Program-made: the position numbers and the translations under genes | Notes under the pieces: generated by a model | Told to the model about the DNA's origin: nothing | The model's database searches: none | What the model saw: the letters and a program-made list of their open reading frames with translations, nothing else | In this document: positions 51,421-64,000 of the stretch, in pieces | How positions within the stretch are numbered: position 1 is the first letter of the stretch | Layout of the letters: each line of letters begins with the position of its first letter | Assembly: GCF_001194135.2 (NCBI RefSeq) | Contig: NC_068981.1 | Location: 19,216,816-19,280,815, forward strand | Direction of reading: 5' to 3' | DNA length: 64,000 nt | From: Octopus bimaculoides | Lineage: Eukaryota

Positions 51421-52927
51421 GTCGAAAGAGATTAGATTTTCTTCCTGGCTCGAGGAGTTTGATAAGCACAGCAGACCACCAATCATGGTAAATATGTCAT
51501 GGATATTGGTTTCAATTTTTGGTACAAGGCCAGCAAGTTTAGGGGAGTGGGGTAAGTCCATTACATTGACTCCAGCATTTAACTGGTACTTATTTTATTG
51601 ACCCCAAAAGGATGAAAAGCAAAGTCAACCACAGCAGAATTTGATCTCAGAATGTAAAGATGAATGGAACACCAATAAGCATTTCATCCAACATACTAAG
51701 GATTCTGCTAGCTTGCTGCTTTAAATATGCCATGAATATTAAGCATACTCATTAAAATAATTAAGGTAGTGAGCTGGCAGAACCATTAGCATGTCAAACA
51801 AAATGGTTTCTTCTGGCACTTTACATTTCGAGTTCAAATCCTGATAAGGTCAGCTTTGTTTTTCATCCCTTCAAGGTCAATAAATAAAGTATCAGTCAAG
51901 TACTGAGGTCAATGTCATCAATTTATCCCTTCCTCTCAAAATTATAAGCCTTGAGCAAAGCTACTGAGAGACATTCCATTCTGGGGATATGTTGTGATCT
52001 CAGTAACTTGAATGTCATGGAAACTGGGTAACTGGTCTTAGGAGTGCTAAGGCTCAAGAAAAATAAAATTATAATAATGGATTCATCATCATCATCATTG
52101 TTTAACGTCCGCTTTCCATGCTAGCATGGGTTGGACGATTTGACTGAGGACTGGCAAGCCAGAAGGCTGCACCAGGCTCCAATCTGATCTGGCAGAGTTT
52201 CTACAACTGGATGCCCTTCTTAATGCCAACCACTCCGAGAGTGTAGTGGGTGCTTTTACGTGCCATCGGCACAAGAGCCAGTCACAAAGTACTGGCAACG
52301 ACCATGCTCAAAGGTGGTTTTTACATGCCACCTGCACTGGAGCCAATGCAGCGGTACTAGCAACGACCTCGCTCGAATGATTTTTTAATGTGCCACCAGC
52401 ACAAGTGCTAGAACGCAACGCTGGTAACGATTACACTCCAATGGTGCTATTTACAGGCCACTAGCACAGAAGCCAGACAACTGCTCTGGCAATGAACATG
52501 CTCGACAGTGCTGTTAGTGCTCCACTGGTGCTGTGACCAGTCATCGAGGTGTAATGGGAAACTAATTTTCCTGTCCCTTGTTATGAAATATTATGGCAGT
52601 TGTTCTGAGATAATATTAACCACTCAACACAATTGTCATCCTTGAAATGGCATGTATTCTCTCCTGATGACCTCTTAAAACCTACCGGCATCTACTGTGT
52701 GGAGTTTTCAACTGATGGCACCTGCACAAGCAAGCTGTTACCAAGTCTCTTATATGGCACTGGGAGGGATAGTGGCATAAGGGATAGTGGCATAATAGGA
52801 GAATGAAAGCACAAAGACCAAAGAGAGGGCAACTTTGGACCAACACACATGCTGCATTTATTAAATTGTATTCATAAATTCATTGAAAAGCCCTTCATTG
52901 AAACTGACTTTCAGGTTTTGCAGCGTT

Positions 52928-53127
52928 AGGCACATGTAAAGGCTCTTTGGGTTAAGAAGCTCTCCTTGTAACCACATGGTTTCTGTTTCAGTCCCACTGC
53001 ATGGCACCTTGGGCAAGTGTCTTCTACTATAGCCTCGGGCTGACCAAAGCCTTGTGAGTTGATCTGGAAATTGAAAGAAGCCCGTCGTATGTGCATATAT
53101 ACATATATAATGTTTGTGTGTGTGTGA

Positions 53128-53163
<36 letters not shown>

Positions 53164-53370
53164 ATGTATACGTTTGTATGTCTGTGTTTGTCCACCCAAC
53201 ATCGCATGCTGGTGTGTTTATGTCCCCATAACCTAGTGGTTCGGCAAAAGAGACTGATAGAATAAGTATTAGGCTTACAAAGAATAAGTCCTGGGTCGAT
53301 TTGCTTGACTAAAGGTGGTGCTCCAGCATAGCCGCAGTCAAATGACTGAAACAAGTAAAAGAATAAAAGA
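52928..53370 (+). mobile_element. SINE family A, full length
   Basis: Core, microsatellite and CAAATGACTGAAACAAGTAAAAGAATAAAAGAA tail. Confidence 0.9.
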
Positions 53371-55548
53371 ATATATTTACATATATGTGTGTGCATGCAT
53401 GTGTGTTTATCCCCACATTACTCAATGGCCGGTGCTGGCTTATTTAGATCTCTTGAAACTTAGCAGTTTGAGCAAAAACGACCAATACATTAGGCACCAA
53501 ACTTTAAAAAAATAGATAAGATCTGTGTGGGTTGGGGGTCTATTTGTTTGACAGAATACTTTCAAAGCACTGCTCTAGCATGGCCACAGTCCAATGGCTG
53601 AAACAAGTAACAGATAAAGTTAAAAGATCTGCTATAATCTGGTTGTAATTTGTTTCTAAATCTAATAAGTCATGCTCAGAAATAAAGATTAAGTGAGGTT
53701 TAGTTTCCAGTAATACATATGCCAGAGTAGTATGTTCGACACAGTAGCAAAGTGTCAATGCCATTGTTTGTCAATTTTCCATTAAAGAATTTTTTCGACA
53801 TCTCTGTACATAGACGCAGTGAAGTGTCTAGATTGTTGTATACATGACACCTGTTAGTGTGAAAGATTGTCATGGATTAAAAAGTAGATAAAAAAAAAAA
53901 AGAAGCGTAGATAAAGTAGATAAAATGAAATAAAAAAACTAAAATTGCATCAGAAATGTCTAGTTCTCTCCCTTGAAATCTTGAAGCAAATGTATAGTTC
54001 TTGTACTGAAGAAAACAAAACAAAAAAGTCATGATATTGTAGGCGGCATATCATATATAACTGGGTAGTGTTTCCCCTTCAGACATTTATATCTAAAACT
54101 CAACTATAGATGCAGTTATCATGTTTAAACAGAGTGAATGGTTTTTTGTTATATTGTTTGCTGTATAAAAGCACTGCACTGATTCCATCATTGTTTTCCC
54201 CGACATTGCAAGTGACATCTACTCAATGTTTTAAATGTGATTCTTATAAACAGTTGGAATTGGTAAGCTCCAGGTTATGATGTGCTATTGATTGAATAAT
54301 GTTATGTCTATGTGGAGTCGGGTGAGAGGAAATTTAGGTGAAAACTGTAGTTAGCTGTTGTTTCTGTAAACACCACTTACTGTTTGCTAAATACACATAC
54401 ACACATTCCAAAGACACCATGAAAACGCTGTTAACAGCTAACAGTAAAGTAGATAAATATACAAGCATTGACCATAGAACTCCTCTGAAGAAATGTGTGA
54501 ATTAGAAAATAGTGTAAAATTATCATGTTGTAATAGTTTTGCATAATATAGGCAGTGGTAGATGTGTAGCTGTGTGGTTAAGAAGGTTGCTTCCAAACCA
54601 TGTGGTCTTGGGTTCAGTCCCACTTGGCAGCATCTTGGACAAGTGTTTTTTTTACTATAGCCCCAGACTAGCCAAAGCCTTGCACATGGATTTGGCAGAT
54701 GGAAACTGAAAGAAACCTGTTGTAAGTTTATATTTATATACACCATATCTGTACATGTGTGTGGTGTGTGTGTATTTATATATGTATGTATGTGTTTTGG
54801 CGTTAGGAAGGGCATCCAGCTGTAGAAACTCTGCCAGATCAGATTGGAGCCTGGTGCAGCCTTCTGGCTTGCCAGTCCTCAGTCAAATTGTCCAACCCAT
54901 GCTAGCATGGAAAACGGACGTTAAACGATAATGATGATGATGATGATGATGATGATGATGTATGCTTGCACATACATATGTGTTTGTGTTTCTCCTGACA
55001 AGTGAGGGTAAGCAACAGGAAGAGCATTCAGCTATGGGAAATCTACCTCAACGAATGTTGCTCCCTGCAAGAATGGAAAAATGGATGTTAAATTATGACA
55101 ATGATTTAATTTTGATGTAATTAAAAAAGGGGGAAAAATTAATTACTGCTAATTTCGCCATATTCATTTCACCTCATGCTATATAAGGGAATGACAGGGA
55201 ACTGTACAGAATTGATACTATAGATCAGCTGCTGGCTGTATTGATCTGCTGTTAAAATATATATATATATATATATATATATACCAGCAGTTAAAAGTAC
55301 AGCGATAAAGTGTTAGGAGTCTAAAGTTTCTACTTAAAATTCCTCTCACCTGATTCTGTACATAAAAATGTTCAATCGATATGACATAATAACCTGGAAC
55401 TTACCAAACAAGCTGTTTATAAGAATCAGATTTAAAACACTGAGTGGATGTCACTCACAATGTCACGTTAAACAATAATGGAATTGGTGCAATATTTTTA
55501 TTTAGAAAATGAAAAAACAGTCACTTGGTTTAAAGTCAACTACAGAAT

Positions 55549-55698
55549 CTAGATTACTTATTAGATGTATAGATTAGTTGTTAGTAATGTAGATTACTTG
55601 TTAGCCATATAGATTTATTGTTAGATGTATAGATCTGTTGTTAGTGGTATTGATCTGTTGTTACATTTATAGATCTGATGTTAGTAATATAGATTAGG
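55549..55698. repeat. Degenerate 20-bp minisatellite (about 7 units, TAGATCTGTTGTTAGTAATA-like)
   Basis: TAGAT...TGTTA recurs every 20 bp. Confidence 0.8.
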
Positions 55699-56004
55699 AA
55701 CACAGAGTTACAGATAAGTTCATAGATATAATAGTTCAAAGTTTATTAGCAATTAGAAATTCTATTGAAAAAGTTAATATCAATAACACTCTCTTTCATT
55801 GGCACAAAGCATCAAATTTGTTTACAAGGTATGTAAACATTTAAAGTGACCCCTTGTCCATATCTGCTATTTTACTGATCCCAGAATGTTGAAATAGAAT
55901 TTCAGCTCAAATAGGATTCATAACATAGATATTAAGGAACCAAATATTGTAAGGATTTTAGATCTTCTACCATTCTTGTTATTCTTTTGAACTCATAGAA
56001 TATT

Positions 56005-57615
56005 TTTGTATAACATTGGAACAAGGTCACATATTTTAGGGGCAAGTAATGTCGATTAAATTCCTCCCAGGCACATGACTGATACGTTATATATTGACCC
56101 CAGAAGGATGAGAGGCAAAGTTGATCATGGCAGAATTTGAAATATATCTATGGATGAGTGCCAAAGAAGAAACAGTATATTATTGGTGCACCAGTCCAGT
56201 ATATCTTCTTGGAATCCTAGCTGTAGCTATTTCGCTTCATTTTCATCACTAAATGCTCTTGGGAAATGGTTGTATGTCCCAACATTTCATTCTACCACAC
56301 TAGTAAACATCTCTGTTCATCTGAATATAGAATAAATCAATAAGAAATCTCCAAGAACAAGAATGGAATATCATGTATCCAATTACATAAAATAGAAATA
56401 CAGTGGGTAACAGAAACGGAAATAAATTCATGGTAGTACACCTCTATCAGTTGATATATTCTTTAGACAATCTTGTCAGAATACTTCTGGCATCAACAGT
56501 AACTAAAAGTTAATTTAAACACCAACAACATATTACAAAGGTTACTTGCAAATCCAGATGTACATACAGTATAAAATTGATGAAGCTGTCCTTGATGCAT
56601 TATCATACAAAATTGCTGAGGCGCTCACATCGACAACAAATTACACTTTATAATGCATTACAAAAACAATAGATCAGTAAGCATGTACAAAAACAGAAGT
56701 ATTAATGCCAAAAACGGTTCTGAACAGAAAAAAAAAAATTAATGTTATGTAGAAATTTATATTCCAACATGACAACTGCACAAGTCATAATATAGTGTAT
56801 GTAATTGAAACCTGAATGAGTTTAAACAGATGCTTTATAATGCACTTGCAACTTCCAATGGGAAACATAATAGAACCCATTTCATTAGCAGACACAGGAA
56901 CAAACTAAATGGGAAGAGACAACAATAATTCTTCTCAAAAGCCATTTACAACAACTATAATAAGATGTTTGAAGCCATTGTACTATGAACAGAATCACGT
57001 TCTTTGGAAAAAAGATAGTGATCTTTATGTCCTGGACAAGACATTAAACTGCATTCAGTAGTAAGGTTTGAAAGTTCAAGAGTTTTGGGAAATGAGGAGT
57101 TATCTCTTAGCCACCACTACTGCTAGATCTACTCTAGCTTGGGCTGATAGTACCTGTGAAGAGAACCAGTTATAGGTCAAATACCACAAATAGTATATGT
57201 GTTCCTTGTGGCTAAGGTATACAGGACTCAGAGGAGGGATAACCTCTAGATACATGTCATTCTTCTTGGAGATTTCTTATTGATTTATTCTATATTCAGA
57301 TGAACAGAGATGTTTACTAATGTGGTAGAATGAAATGTTGGGACATACAGCCATTTCCCAAGAACATTTAGTGATGAAAATGAAGTGAAATAGCTACAGC
57401 TAGGATTCCAAGAAGATATACTGGACTGGTACACCAATAATATACTGCTTCTTATTTGGCACTCATCCATAGATACATTTCAAATTCTGCCATGATCAAC
57501 TTTGCCTCTCATCCTTCTGGGGTCAATATATAAAGTATCAGTCATGTGCTTGGGAGGAATCTAATTGACATTACTTGCCCCTAAAATATGTGACCTTGTT
57601 CCAATGTTATACAAA
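56005..57615. repeat. Inverted duplication, about 370-bp arms (56005-56379 / 57249-57615)
   Basis: Near-identical ORFs 56150-56335(+) and 57285-57470(-); arms include a SINE remnant plus unique DNA. Confidence 0.95.
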
Positions 57616-58107
57616 TCTGCCTGCTTAACTGGTTCTTATTTTACTAACCCCAAAAGGATGAAAGGCAAAGTCAACCTCAGCAGAATTTGAACTCAGAATG
57701 TAAAGATGAATGGAACACCACTAAGCATTTTGCCCAACATACTAAGGGATTCTGCTAGCTTGCTGCTTTAAATAATGTTATACAAATGTACCTGTTTTTT
57801 GGTTACGAAATGAGGTACACAAAACGTGTTTTTGAATTACGTGTGTTTACTTTCTATAGATATATGAGTTGAAAACTTTCTTTTGACATTTTACTTAACG
57901 TCTATGTTCCATGCTGGCATGGGCTGGAGAGTTATCAATGTGGAAAGTTGTTATCTCAGCTACTAGCAGTTGAAACCTGCGTAATCTAGAAGGCGATTTT
58001 AAATTTCCTTATTCTCTTTCATTAAATTTCATTATTCTCAACGCCGGGTATTTCTGCTAATATATATATATATCTGTAAAAATATGTGATAATTATTCTG
58101 TAGCCAT

Positions 58108-58168
58108 GATAAAACTCCGAGTTTCGGATGCCGGGGTGGGAACCCACGCCAACATTTCTTCAGTTATC
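58108..58168 (-). ncRNA. Type I hammerhead ribozyme motif (left arm of an inverted pair)
   Basis: GAUAA-CUGAAGA-AAUGUUGGCGUGGGUUCCCACCCCGGCAUCC-GAAA-CUCGGAG-UU|UUAUC: stem I GAUAA/UUAUC, intact core, imperfect base of stem II, GUU triplet. Confidence 0.65.
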
Positions 58169-58213
58169 CAGCCATTGAAAATCGACATTTTTCACAGGAA
58201 TTTTCAATGTCCG

Positions 58214-58250
58214 GATAACTGAAGAGATGTTGACGTGGGTTCCCACCCCG
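58214..58250 (+). ncRNA. Second hammerhead copy, cut off by an assembly gap
   Basis: GATAACTGAAGAGATGTTGACGTGGGTTCCCACCCCG then N run. Confidence 0.5.
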
Positions 58251-59514
58251 NNNNNNNNNNNNNNNNNNNNNNNNNNNNNNNNNNNNNNNNNNNNNNNNNN
58301 NNNNNNNNNNNNNNNNNNNNNNNNNNNNNNNNNNNNNNNNNNNNNNNNNNNNNNNNNNNNNNNNNNNNNNNNNNNNNNNNNNNNNNNNNNNNNNNNNNNN
58401 NNNNNNNNNNNNNNNNNNNNNNNNNNNNNNNNTATATATATATATATATATATATATCTTCAACAGTATCACTGCCAAACAGTGGACTTTAAGTTAGTGA
58501 AAATATATTTTTATTTCTCCTGATCTGACAGTCTAATAGTGAAACTCACTCAATGTTGTTGGCTGTGTTTTACCTAAAGTTATGGCTTTAAATCTGTCCA
58601 GAGTTACTTCAATTCCGCATATCCCATTGATAACAGCTAAGGAGCCAGAAACGTTGTGTCCAGGAATCCGACATGGTGCAACATTAGGCAGATATGCTGC
58701 TGTTTTTGCACCTTTTACCATAAGAGAGACTTTTCTCCACAGTAGCTGCAGTGAATTTGCCTTTAGAAGTTGAAATCTGTCAAACATTTGAACACACTTC
58801 GCTTATATATACACGCGCGCGCGCATATATGTGTGAGTTTGTGTTCGTGTTTATCATAATGCAACTTGACATGTGGGCCATATTTTCATAAATTGTTGAT
58901 TGCAGATCACAAATATTTCGAGATATTCTCGCAATATTCTTCGCTCAGTGGTGTCAGCAACATTAACACTATCGAAGAATGTCCAAGTTCTTTTCGCACT
59001 TAATATTGTACACTTTTCTGTTCCTATACTAAAATATCGTTTATGCAGTCCAGACACCAAATAAGAAGCAGATGCAATGCAATCAATTTAACCGTACAGT
59101 GTTTATTTTGTTGTTGTTCTTGCTGTTGATGTTGTTGCTGCTGCTGTTGATGTTGTCATTGTTATTTAACCCCGAGTCGCTCTGAGGAAGCAGACCTTTG
59201 ATCAAAAATGTTTCTACTACTACCATCCCGCCGTATGTATTATCCAAGCTTAATGTATATGGAACTACATCATCCTATGTTTTCTTCCTTTTCGAGACAG
59301 TAGGATGTGAGTCTTAGAGCGATTTGGTGGATTTTTATAGCAGGTCAAATGACCTCATTAAGAAAGCATTTTCTGTCTCATTGTCCTTCTTGAACAATGA
59401 TCCCTTTTAATTTCGTGACCCCTCTTTGGCTCATTATCCCACTTTATCTCGCATTCCCTCTTTAGTTTCCTGAATAGTTTTTGCTATCATGCCATCAACT
59501 GTAGGTCTCATCTA

Positions 59515-59719
59515 TTTTTACTCTTTACTTGTTTCAGTCATTTGACTGCGGCCATGCTGGAGCACCGCCTTTAGTCGAGCAAATCGACGCCAGGACTTAT
59601 TCTTTGTAAGCCTAGTACTTATTCTATCGGTCTATTTTGCTGAACCGCTAAGTTACGGGGACGTAAACACACCAGCATCGGTTGTCAAGCGATGTTGAGG
59701 AACAAACAAAGACGCACAA

Positions 59720-59754
<35 letters not shown>

Positions 59755-59943
59755 CATATATATATACATATACATATATACAACGGTCGTCTTTCAGTTT
59801 CTGTCTACCAAATCCACTCACAAGGCTTTGGTCGGCCCGAGGCTATAGTAGAAGACACTTGTCTAAAGTGCCACGCAGTGGGACTGAACCCGGAACCATG
59901 TGGTTGGTAAGCAAGCTACTTACCACGCAGCCACTCCTGCGCC
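59515..59943 (-). mobile_element. SINE family A, full length, young (CpG-rich)
   Basis: Near-consensus reverse complement of the 10811 copy. Confidence 0.95.
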
Positions 59944-59949
59944 TATTTT

Positions 59950-60480
59950 GTTTAACCACTTACAAAGGAGGACTCATATTTTAGCCGTTCCTTCACACGT
60001 TTCTTCAATAACGAATTTCAGTTCGGTAACCACTGGTCTGCCATACTTTTTAAAGTACAATTAGTGCATTAATACCGATCTGGTAAGATGGACCCCATTA
60101 CAAACCAATTGCACCTCATTTACTCTGAATGTATTATACACTTCTATCGTCATATCTCATATTTCTACCCAAGTCTTTCCTTTCCTAATCCCATTTCAGA
60201 GTTGATTGATTTCTTTGGGCCACTTATCATAGCTCAAATCAGTAAGAAGTCTCTTCTTTGTAAAGTTGTGCCATGACATCAAAATTGTTCTTCTGCTACT
60301 GCAATATGATTTAGGAACACGAGCCTTTTTCTCTAAATCCTCTTGCACTTCCAGTTCTTTGTACCATTGCAAAGATCTTGATTTTGGTTATCGTTTTAAG
60401 TGTGTCTCTTCATGGTGTCTGGTCGTCTTTCTTGTAGAATGCTACAAGATACCAGCAACAACTACTTAACATTCTTACAT
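59950..60480 (-). mobile_element. Possible Ty3/Gypsy pol relic (RNase H-integrase linker)
   Basis: KWPKEINQL*NG..WVEI*DMTIE..FRVNEV resembles GWP......W..RDELTIE linker motifs; heavily decayed. Confidence 0.35.
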
Positions 60481-60589
60481 TGCTCGTATATTTTTCCTTC
60501 CACCATTCTGACAGATTCATACACAAGCAACGTCTTTATATGACCCAACTCTTACTAACAGCCGTCTATCTCTGTATCTCTCTACCTCG

Positions 60590-60703
<114 letters not shown>

Positions 60704-61179
60704 TTCTCCCTCTCTCTCTGACACACACACACACAGACATCTATGAAGAGAAACAACTAAAACCTCACAAAAACGCACAATATCAAAATTGCATTAACCA
60801 CAGCACACACCATGGAAACACGCATTAGTTATCTTCTTATAAGCATTGTATAGCCAACAGTCTCATATGACCTTTCATGCAAACTAAATATTTTAAATTT
60901 TGGGGTTCGGACCCATTACAAGGCACCTTGAGCAAGTTTCCATGTTTTCTTTCTCAGATCATTCTTATCTCTGAATCTCCCAAGCTCTGACTCTGAAATG
61001 AATAACAAAACAATTAATCTATGTTGTGTAGAGCATCCTTCTAGAGAAAAAAGCCTTAGCATTTAGAATAGTTTGCCTGTCTCAGGAAACCAAACTGGCT
61101 TTTGTATTCGCTAGATTTGTAGCTGATGATTTTTTTTTGCGTTTTTGAAGAGTGTGTTGCAGATTGTTGTATTTGTGCG

Positions 61180-61240
<61 letters not shown>

Positions 61241-61348
61241 TTAGATCAATCCAAACTTGGGACGTCGTTGACTTGTAGGAAGGCTGTATTCACTGTTGTT
61301 TGCAGTTGAGAAGAATTCTCGCTTTAGGCATTAGGTATTAAAACCACT

Positions 61349-61532
61349 AGGAGTGGCTGTGTGGTAAGTAGCTTGCTTACGAACCATAAGGTTCCGGGTT
61401 CAGTCCCACAGCGTGGCATCTTGGGCAAGTGTCTTCTACTATAGCCTCGGGCCGACCGAAGCCTTGTGAGTGGATTTGGTAGTCGGAAACTGAAAGACGC
61501 CCGTCGTATATATGTATATGTATATATATATG

Positions 61533-61573
<41 letters not shown>

Positions 61574-61694
61574 TTGTGCGTCTGTGTTTGTCCACCCCAA
61601 CATCGCTTGACAACCGATGTTGATGTGTTTTCGTCCCCGTAACTTAGCGGTTCGGCAAAAGAGACCGACAGAATAAGTACTAGGATTACAAAGA
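61349..61694 (+). mobile_element. SINE family A, young, 3'-truncated
   Basis: GGAGTGGCTGTGTGGTAAGTAGCTTGC head to AATAAGTACTAGGATTACAAAGAAT. Confidence 0.95.
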
Positions 61695-61713
61695 ATGCAT
61701 ACATGCATGCATT

Positions 61714-61788
<75 letters not shown>

Positions 61789-62211
61789 ACACACACACAC
61801 ACACGTATAAGTGCAAGAAAAAGGATTAAAAATTCAGGCGAATAAATACTTTTTAACTACTCTGCAGGAGTCGAACCTGGCTAATCAAATTAAACCGGGA
61901 GAGTCATGGTAACCCACGTAGTCCATAATTTTACATTCTGCTGGCTGTCGAATTAGTAAATTCAAATCAAACGCCGGATAATTACGCTATAAGGTCGCTG
62001 AGTACATGATTAACAAGTCGCGGAATTATGTAATACCATTGTATCCGAAATGCGCGTGAGCTGATTAAATATGTATAATTCTTTCTTTTATGTTTTCTAA
62101 ACACACACATTCATAAATACATATACATGAAGTGAGAGCGAGAGTGAGAGATTCGAAAATGATTATTTTAATATTTGAATATATTTGTGTGTGAAAATGT
62201 ATGCATATATG

Positions 62212-62245
<34 letters not shown>

Positions 62246-63544
62246 TGTATGTATGTATGTGTGTGTATGTGTGTATGTATGTATGTATGTATGTATGTAT
62301 CTATGTATTTGTGCATGTGTGTGTATATATGTATTATGTATGTATGTATGTATGTATGTATGTATGAATGTACGCATGTATGTGTATAGGTTGGTAGTAT
62401 GTACAGTTAATATAATTTCATAGTTGCGGTTTCACACATCACCGACAAAGCGTTTTGTTCTGCTCTTCATTCCTTCAATATTCTTTCGACTAGAGTGTCT
62501 GCAATAATTAAAACTGGCCAGTTAAACCCACACAAGCTTCGCCCAATCATCAATATATTTTAGTCTAAGAGAGAGCTTTAAAAGGTTTGAAACATCGACC
62601 CTAAAACTCAGTAAAATGAAGCAATAAAATATAAAATTCTAAAAGCACTATTTTATGCATCTTATTCTAATAAATGAATATTTAAAAATTTTTCTGAAAA
62701 TGAGCGAGAGAGGATTGAAACGTCGGAGAAAGAAATAACGACTGTAGTTGTTTCGGTTTTAATTGACCAATCAATACATCAAAGAATCTCATTAAATAAT
62801 CTTCACATGTTTTCAATACAGGAACATATGTATCGATTAATTACATAGACAATGCATACATTTTATGTATGTAGTAAATATTACATACATATAAGCGTAT
62901 TTGTAAATATACAGAGTTCTGAGGACGGCACATATGCGTATTTCTATTTGTGTAGACGTATGTGCGTGTGTGGGTGCGCGTGTGTGAATGTATGTATGTG
63001 TTTGTGTATGTATGTGTTTGTATATACAAACATATATACACACATACATACATATACATACATATATATATGTATATATGTATATATATGTATATATATA
63101 TGTATATGTATGTATGTATGTATGAATCTATATTTGTGTAGTGGGTGTGTGTATGCATATGCATGCTTATATACATGCATACACACACATATATACACAC
63201 ATACAGACACACATAACAGGCTTGTTGCCATTTGTATTAGTATCATTAGTAAAATATCCTCCATAAGGATGAATTTTACTTAATTATGCTGTTTCTATCC
63301 ATAAGGCAAAACATTGGGAAACTACAAACCTATGAAATTAGAACAACAATGAGAATAATAATTACCATTGTTATTATTATTATTTCAAATTTTGGCTCAA
63401 GGTTAGCAATTTCGGGTAGTGGGTAAGTTGATTAGATAGACCCCCAGTACTCAACTGGTACTTCATTAAACGACCTCGAGAGGATGAAAGGCAAAGTCAG
63501 TCTCGGAAGGATTTGAACTCAGAACGTAAAGACGGACGAAATGC

Positions 63545-63570
63545 TTTATTATTATTATTATTATTATTAT

Positions 63571-63658
<88 letters not shown>

Positions 63659-63690
63659 GGTGGTGGTGGTGGTGGCGGCGGCGGTGGTGG
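63545..63690. repeat. Compound (TTA)n-(TAG)n-(TGG)n microsatellite
   Basis: Direct reading. Confidence 0.95.
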
Positions 63691-64000
63691 TACTTAAGGA
63701 TTCTCATTTCCACTGTATGTTCTCTCTGGACGACTGAACGAATCACCATGTACCTCAGATAAGGGAAATGTTTGGTGTTTGCTGTTTCTATTGTACTGAA
63801 AGCGTTCTGCGTAATGTGTGTCCTGCTTAGTGTTATTTTCTCTATACTTTGCATGTTTGCAAGTGCTGGTGTTTTAGTTATATATTTATCTACACTTTCA
63901 TCATATCAAAGTCATCTATTCAAGAGTGTAGCCAGGGTTCTAAAGTCAGTGGGAGCTAACAAATAAAAAAAATGCGGTGTAACATATACCAAATGATTTT

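Noticed and set aside
55549-55698. Regularly spaced 20-bp units as a CRISPR-like array (also 32420-32495)
   Set aside because: Contiguous degenerate units without unique spacers, eukaryotic context, no cas genes
56150-57470. Duplicated 61-aa ORF as a paralogous gene pair
   Set aside because: Short, begins next to a SINE remnant and has no coding hallmark; it simply marks the inverted duplication

Overview
AT-rich eukaryotic draft-assembly window with many N gaps. It is very rich in microsatellites and almost entirely repeat-derived. The SINE families and microsatellite load look like a coleoid cephalopod (Octopus-type) genome; this is inference from recalled repeat sequences, not a search. 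Recognisable content: dozens of tRNA-headed SINE copies in three families, a (GAT)n-tailed retroposon, decayed Penelope-like elements (RT and GIY-YIG), R4/Dong-like REL LINE pieces, an L1/Tx1 3' fragment, an RTE fragment, DD37D (maT) and DD34D (mariner) transposon relics, a MITE, two probable solo LTRs and a tRNA-iMet pseudogene. No host gene could be named; only a few weak small-exon candidates were seen. The most interesting signal is a set of type I hammerhead ribozyme motifs (16.9, 37.6 and 58.1-58.2 kb, plus degenerate variants), two sitting in long inverted repeats as expected for Penelope pseudo-LTRs. Several other long fold-back structures are also present. Most ORFs in the supplied track are microsatellite or gap artefacts. 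Repeat boundaries are approximate.
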